Shown: positions 57,160 to 64,000 of the stretch, piece by piece
How positions within the stretch are numbered: position 1 is the stretch's first letter
How the letters are laid out: the number at the start of each line of letters is the position of its first letter
Assembly (NCBI GenBank): GCA_951406725.2
Contig: OX597820.1
Span: forward strand, 73,284,001-73,348,000
From: Octopus vulgaris
Lineage: Eukaryota
Length of the DNA stretch: 64,000 bases
Direction of reading: 5' to 3'
Made by a program: the position numbers and the translations under genes
Notes under the pieces: model-generated
Database searches by the model: none
Told to the model about the DNA's origin: nothing
The model's input: only the letters and a program-made list of their open reading frames with translations

Positions 57160-58050
57160 TAAGAGTGGCTGTGTGGTAAGTGGAGGCACAAGAGTAGCTA
57201 TGTGGTAAGTAGCTTGCTTACCAACTACATGGTTCTGGGTTCAGTCCCCCCGCGTGGCACCGTGGGCAAGTGTCTTCTACTAGAGCCTCAGACCGACCGT
57301 GAGTGGACTTGGTAGACGGAAACTGAAAGAAGCTCGTCGTATATATATATATATATGTGTGTGTGTATGTATGTATATATATATATATGTTTGTGTGTCT
57401 GTGTTTATCCCCCAACAAACGCTTGACAACCGATATTGGTATGTTTACGTCCCCGTACTAAGCTTGGGTCGATTTCTTCGACTGAATGCGGTGCTCCAGC
57501 ACGGCCGCAGTCAAATGACAGAAACTAATAAAAGAATATATATATACACATATATCGTTCTTTTTCGCCGAACCGCTAAATTACGCAGATGTAAACAAAC
57601 CAACAACATATATTTGTGTGTGTGTGCGTGTGTGTGTCTGTGTGTGTTTGTTTTTGTCCTTCACCACTGCTTGACAACCAGTGTTGGTTTGTTTATGTCT
57701 CCGTAACTTAGCGGTTCGGCAAGGGAGAACGGTAGAATAAGTATCAGGCTTTAAGATTAAAAATAAAAAGTACTGTGGTTGATTCATTCATCTAAAACTT
57801 CTTGTAGGCGGTGCCCCAGTATGGCTGTGGTCCAGTGCTCCGCAACCGATATGCCGCAGCATACCGGTGTGCCTCGAGACGATGCTACGTGTGCCGCAGA
57901 GCAACCTGAATGTAATATTTTCCCCTATGCTTTTAGTTATATTTTCAGTCCAGGTGTGTCGCCGAATTTTTGAAAAGAATATAAGAGCACCGCAAGGAGA
58001 AAAAGAGTGCGGAGCATTTCTGTGTCGAATGACTGAAACAAGTAAAATAT
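57160..58050 (+). mobile_element. Cluster of SINE B copies
   Basis: 57160-57535(+), short inverted piece 57560-57605, 57645-58050(+). Confidence 0.8.
57833..58019. mobile_element. hAT MITE nested in a SINE B tail
   Basis: cagtgctccgca / tgcggagcatt termini; reverse complement of 34874-35046. Confidence 0.78.
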
Positions 58051-58137
58051 AAAAACCCAGTTGGGAAGTATTTATTCTCCGAATTTCAATTTGCTTTCCC
58101 CAAGTATTTTAATAAGAGATAAGCAAAACAGTAGACC

Positions 58138-58322
58138 GTGGAGGTGGTTACTGGTTAGAGCAGCGGACTCGCGGTCGAGGGATAGCGGATTCGATTTGTG
58201 TGTTTATGAGCGAAACACCTAAGCTCCACGCGGTTCCGTCAGGAGGTAATGCCGAACTTCTGCTGACTCTTTCGCCACAGCTTTCCCTCACTCTTTCCTC
58301 CTGCATCTTGCAGCTCACCTGT
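58138..58322 (+). mobile_element. SINE family D, partial
   Basis: Matches 60388-60688. Confidence 0.8.
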
Positions 58323-58349
58323 CTTAGCGCTTCTCTTTCTCTCTCTCAA

Positions 58350-58394
<45 letters not shown>

Positions 58395-58597
58395 CTATCT
58401 ATATGTATGTGAGCATATTTCTTTTTGTGTAAGAGGAAAAAGAAAGTGTTTATGTCAACTATGTTCAATTAATATATTGTAATTTCACTTTCACATAATC
58501 TCACTTTCGCTCTCACTTTCTCTCTTTCCCTCCCTCAGTCTCTCCCTCTCCTCCTCTCTCTCTCACTCACACACACACACAGATGCATAGATGCGAC

Positions 58598-58748
58598 TGG
58601 CTTCTTTCAGTTCCCGTCTGTGAAATCCACTGACAAGACTTTGACCGACCTGAGGTTATAGTAGAAGACACTTGCTCAAGGTGCCACGCAGTGGGACTGA
58701 ACCATGCAGCTGTGACGCAAACTTCTTACCACGCTGTTACGCCTGCGC
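58598..58748 (-). mobile_element. SINE family B, 5' half
   Basis: Head and core. Confidence 0.8.
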
Positions 58749-58905
58749 GTATATTAATTTTATTTCCTAAAGAAAGAAAACCCACAGTCAGGACACGCAA
58801 ATTATTCCATATAAAATGTCTACATTATAGTTTATATAATTTCTGTATCGCAATTGTTACAACCAAGCATCTAGGCAAAATTAATGTTATATATACATAT
58901 ACATA

Positions 58906-58975
<70 letters not shown>

Positions 58976-59329
58976 GGCTAACAGCGACAAGTAATAACAT
59001 CTTTCATACGATAATTGTCTCTAATTAACACCAGTTAGATTTTAATTATTGGTTTCTTTTGGCTGCTGTTGGTGAAATTCCATTTAACTTTAGAGGTTAA
59101 TAGCGTTTTCTTAATATATCTTACCAAATATTTTGTTGTGTTTTCAGCTTAAGTAATCAATGGTATTATAGATTATATATTAATTGAAGAAGTCTGGTAC
59201 ATACAGATTGATAAATAGTAACATCTGTGTTTTCTAACAAACTTAGGGTTAGAAAGTCTATTCCCTGAATTGGGGGATTATCATTAATGTGTGTACGATA
59301 ATTGCCACCTTCATTCATGGTCTACTGTT

Positions 59330-59624
59330 TTATTGTTGCTTGTTCCTTCTCGAGCCACGCCTGGCTCACAAGGGCCGGTTTGCCGGTTTCCTTGGCGTAT
59401 ACGTTCCCCACCTGGATGGGAAGCCGGTCTGTCGTAGGTGAGCTGCAAGATGCTGGAGGAAAGAGTGAGAGAAAGTTGTGGCGAAAGAGTCAGCAGAAGT
59501 TCGCCATTACCTTCTGCCGGAGCCGCGTGGAGCTTAGGTGTTTCGCTCATAAACATACACATCGCCCGGTCTGAGATTCGAACCCGCGATCCCTCGACCG
59601 TTGCTCTAACCACTAGGCCATGTG

Positions 59625-59627
<3 letters not shown>
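59330..59627 (-). mobile_element. SINE family D (tRNA-derived)
   Basis: ggcacatggcctagtggttagagc A box, gggttcgaatctc B box. Confidence 0.9.
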
Positions 59628-59688
<61 letters not shown>

Positions 59689-60165
59689 CACACACACATA
59701 TATATATATTGTTTGTTCCTTCTATTATTACGAGTGTAACGTAACTAATTGTTTAAAAAAAAATATGAATTGAACTGCAAATGAACTGAGAATTGAACTT
59801 GTGTTATTTGTCTGTGAAATTTAATATGTAAAAAAAAAAGGAAAAAGTAACGACTGAAAAAAAAGATAAAATAGAAAAAGAAAATACAAAGTCTAATGTG
59901 AACAATTAATGATAAATTTTACGATATTGAAAAGAAGACCATCGCGGTTTCGCCTCACAGTGAGACCCGAAGGTATTGAGAATTAATGTGAAAAAATTCA
60001 CTGTTCGTCTCACAGCGGGAGTGAGTCGAACAGCTTCATTCTCATCAATAATTAATCACTCCATCAATCATACATCATTTGTTTTATGTTTCTGTTTTGT
60101 CTTGTTTTGTCCCCTCTATGTAATCAGGCCATTGTGCCTATAATAAAGAGAAAATGACACGCTAC

Positions 60166-60211
60166 CCTGAACTGATGATTGGCAATACCCAGAAACATGC
60201 ATGTATTCAGG
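60166..60211 (+). ncRNA. Type I hammerhead in a ~200-bp retrozyme-like unit (60155-60362)
   Basis: cctgaa CTGATGA T TGG caatacc CA GAAA CATGCAT GTA ttcagg; 6-bp stem I, palindromic stem III, GUA site. Confidence 0.75.
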
Positions 60212-60387
60212 TTGCTGTTCCTAGCTGGTAGGGGTGCTTGCCTCCCCTTTGCGAATATAAGGCCGCAGAAAATGTGTCAAAGCCGACAGGAAGCGTCGAT
60301 GCTTCCTAGGGCTATATAGCAGTGGTGTAATTCCCTCTACGGGACTGTCACGCTTTGTTGACTTTATACAACCACTCTGTATATATA

Positions 60388-60685
60388 TTGTTTGTTGTTT
60401 GTTCCTTCTCGGGCCATGCCTGGCTCATAAGGGCCGGTTTCCCGGTTTCCTTGGCGTATAGATTCCCCACCTGGACGGGATGCGCGTCCGTCGCAGGTGA
60501 GCTGTCGGAGGAAAGAGTGAGAGAAAATTGTGACGAAAGAGTCAGCAGAAGTTTGCCATTACCTTCTGCCGGAGCCACGTGGAGCTTGGCTGTTTCGCTC
60601 ATAAAAACACACATCGCCCGGTCTGAGATTCGAACCCGCGATCCCTCGACCGCGAGTCCGCTGCTCTAACCACTAGGCCATGTGC

Positions 60686-60688
<3 letters not shown>
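60388..60688 (-). mobile_element. SINE family D, full length
   Basis: Complete tRNA-like head and (AAAC)n tail. Confidence 0.92.
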
Positions 60689-60735
<47 letters not shown>

Positions 60736-60908
60736 TTATATATATATTAATATATATTATCAATAAGTCTCAAGTCTCAAATGTATTAAATGCTTTATTT
60801 TGCTGAACCAATCAACGAAACATTAATTTGCATAAATCCGAGTCAAATTGTTATTCAATAATATTTGTGTGTGTGTGTCTGTGTGTATGTGCCTGCGTGT
60901 GTATGTGC

Positions 60909-60939
<31 letters not shown>

Positions 60940-61804
60940 CTTCCGCATGCGTGTCTAGAAACATTCATAGTAGACAGATAAAAAAACGTCAAATTTACTT
61001 ACATCTCCATCGACTGAAAAAATGACGAATAGCTCGCTTAAATCGATTTTCGACCCTCAACGGGGTCTCATCTGAGGTGTCTGCATCAATTTACATCACG
61101 TGGTCAATCCCAGAAGTCAATCCATTTATACACACATCAAATCTACAATCTTCAGAGAAATGGAATTGTTAATTTGTATTCCACCAAAGAGATGCCAAGT
61201 TAACAGATTTTAAACGGTTTCGTTCACTCTCCCTCTTTCTCCAGCCACTCAGTTCTTTTTCTATTATGTTTTTTTTCTCTTTGATAAAGAGAAATCACCC
61301 GATATATCAGATTCTTTATTGTTTGTTTGTTTTTTCCTTTAGCGCGTTAAACTTCGTTGTATACTTCTATAATTGTAGGTTTTTGTACGTGCATGAACGT
61401 AGCTATCCACATCTATGTACAGTAATGCCTATTAAGGAATTAATTTGTTCTAGGAAATCGCTCGTAAAGCGAAAACTCGTAAAGCAGAACAATAATTTCC
61501 CGTGGTAGCACTGAAACTATATGCTGTCATTTTACTGCGTCGCTGTGTAGACACGTAAGAACCAGTGTTGCCACATGTTGCGAAGTTTCCACATGATGCG
61601 TAGTTGCCACACACAAAATGACGGTTCGACCCTTTTAAATTTACTATAAAACTATCTGAAGTTTATGTGTTCATTAGGTGCGGGACTGCTTCAGAGGAAA
61701 AGTCCTTTTCTGACGCCGAGTGTTAAAAAATTCTGAATACATTAAACCAGGCAAAATTTATACATATATTTGTGTGAGAGTGAGTGTGTGTTTGTACATT
61801 CATT

Positions 61805-61883
<79 letters not shown>

Positions 61884-62318
61884 AATTCAAAGAAAACGGA
61901 GAATATATATATATAGGGTAATCAATTTATTACCATAGTCTAGTCAAATTAATAAGTTCATTCATATTGCCTACGCTGCGTTTCGGCTGATTGCTGCTTT
62001 TCAATCTTTGCACTTTTAAAGTGCATTATGAAGTTGAAAAGGCAAAAAGCCGCCTCGGGGCATAACTGACTGATATTTTTCACATCCTAACTGATGGAGG
62101 GTTTATTCCGATTCCGATCTTTTTCTCCTATATCGAAAATGATGGAAATATCCATAGCGACAACTGGAATTTCAGAAGTGTAAAATAAAAATATTGAAGA
62201 AGAACCAACGATAAACACATATACACATGAAAACTTTCCAATATCGTTAATCCATATAAGTGCAAAACTGGTGTGCGCTTGAATAATATATCCACAAGAG
62301 AGAACAACTTCTTTTATA

Positions 62319-63926
62319 CAGACTCACGCACGCATACACACGCACACACACGCATACACACATACATTACACACGTACACACACACCTACATACACATGC
62401 ATACACACACACAAACATGCACGGACACACCCAGACATACATACATACACGTATACACACACGCCCACACACCTACATACACACACATACATACACACAC
62501 ATACACGGACACACCCATACATACTTACATACATACACCTATACACACACGCCTACACACCTACATACACATGCATACACACACACACACATGTACGCAC
62601 ATACACACACATATACGCACATACATATATACCCCACACACATGCACACACACACACACATACGCACATGCATGCATGCATGCACACGCGCACACCTACA
62701 CGCATACATGCATACATGCATACACAAACACACACGCACGTACACATACATACATACACACACACATACATACACCCATACACATACATGCATCCTACAC
62801 ACACATACATACACACTCACACATACATACACACACACACACTCACTCACACACCTGTATGTACGCGCACACACATGCACATACACACACTTCCACACAC
62901 CCACACGTACATACATACACACTCATACACATACACACACACACGGACATACATCTATGCACACACATATATACACACATACTTACATACATTCATCGGA
63001 CACACTGACACCCAGACATACACACAGACACACTCACACATCCACACACATACATACTTACGCACGCACTCGCAGGCGTGCGCACACACGCGCTTGCGCC
63101 GGTTCGCGCACGCATACGCGCATGCATGCACCTCGCTCTTGGACCCGACGAGACCTCCCGCTCGTTCCTGGGGCCGTCGCTTGTCGTTGGGTTCTCCCAC
63201 GCCCGTCTCCGCGGGACCACTCTTCCATCTTCCCCTCAGCTGGAGTCCTTTTTCCTTATAACCCCCCCTTTTTTGTTACACACACGCGCACACATACATA
63301 CACCCACTCACACACACACATTGCTTAAATACATACATTACTCTTACACACACTTCAAATCTACTCGCCATTAATACAACTACGACACTGGACACACACA
63401 CACTACTACTGGCACGTTACATACGCCCCCACCCCTTCCCCTCCCTCCCTTCCTCCTTCCTTCATTTTCTTACTACTGACCACTGTCTGCTGCCTACTAC
63501 TGTTCGCCCTACCTCACACGCCTACACACAGACGCACACACTAACATATACATATATTTTTTGTTTTTTTTTCTCGCCTCACACACACATACACACACGC
63601 ACACACTCACACATACACACACACATCTGTTGCGTTACCAACCCTGTCTCCACTCTTTTGGCTTTAAAAACCTACTTTGCTCTTGTTATCGTAAACTTCC
63701 GCCTTTCACCATGTGTACTTCGTAAACACCAGTCGTTTTTTTTTTCTCCCTCTTGTTGCCCACTTTGGGATCTTTCTTTCCTCTCTCTTCCTTCTTTATG
63801 TTTCCGACGAAGAGCTCCGCTCGAAACGTCATACCTTCCTGCTTTCATCTTTTCCTGAGCGCCTATTAATAATAATACTGTAATTGTTCCACGTGTTGTT
63901 GTTTTTTCTGTTTTCCCGTTTGGATT

Positions 63927-63931
<5 letters not shown>
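62319..63931 (+). mobile_element. Family G element, copy 2 (5'-truncated)
   Basis: Colinear with the reverse complement of 50991-52630; HHR-like gttt CCGACGA A GAGC tcc GCTC GAAA C GTC atac at 63800-63834; followed by (TA)n. Confidence 0.85.
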
Positions 63932-63998
<67 letters not shown>

Positions 63999-64000
63999 CA

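Overview
AT-rich, repeat-saturated eukaryotic non-coding DNA (intronic or intergenic), most likely from an octopod cephalopod. That assignment is an inference from the SINE families and microsatellite load, not a database result. I can support no host protein-coding gene: nearly all long ORFs in the track are translated microsatellites. The remaining coding remnants are decayed retrotransposons (RTE, CR1-like, R4/Dong-like) and Tc1/mariner transposase fragments. Other content: four tRNA-derived SINE families, Tc1/mariner and hAT MITEs, and Helitron/Helentron-type non-autonomous elements. The most interesting signal is about a dozen small type I hammerhead-ribozyme (HHR) motifs in at least seven distinct short repeat families. 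Three insertions are head-to-head inverted dimers bounded by 12-13 bp target-site duplications (TSDs). One of them carries tRNA-like Pol III heads, i.e. a SINE-like element with a Penelope-type hammerhead tail. Two families show substitutions at the core C3-G8 pair that keep pairing (U3-A8, G3-U8). One locus looks like a retrozyme monomer. All folds and family assignments were made by eye and need computational and experimental checks.
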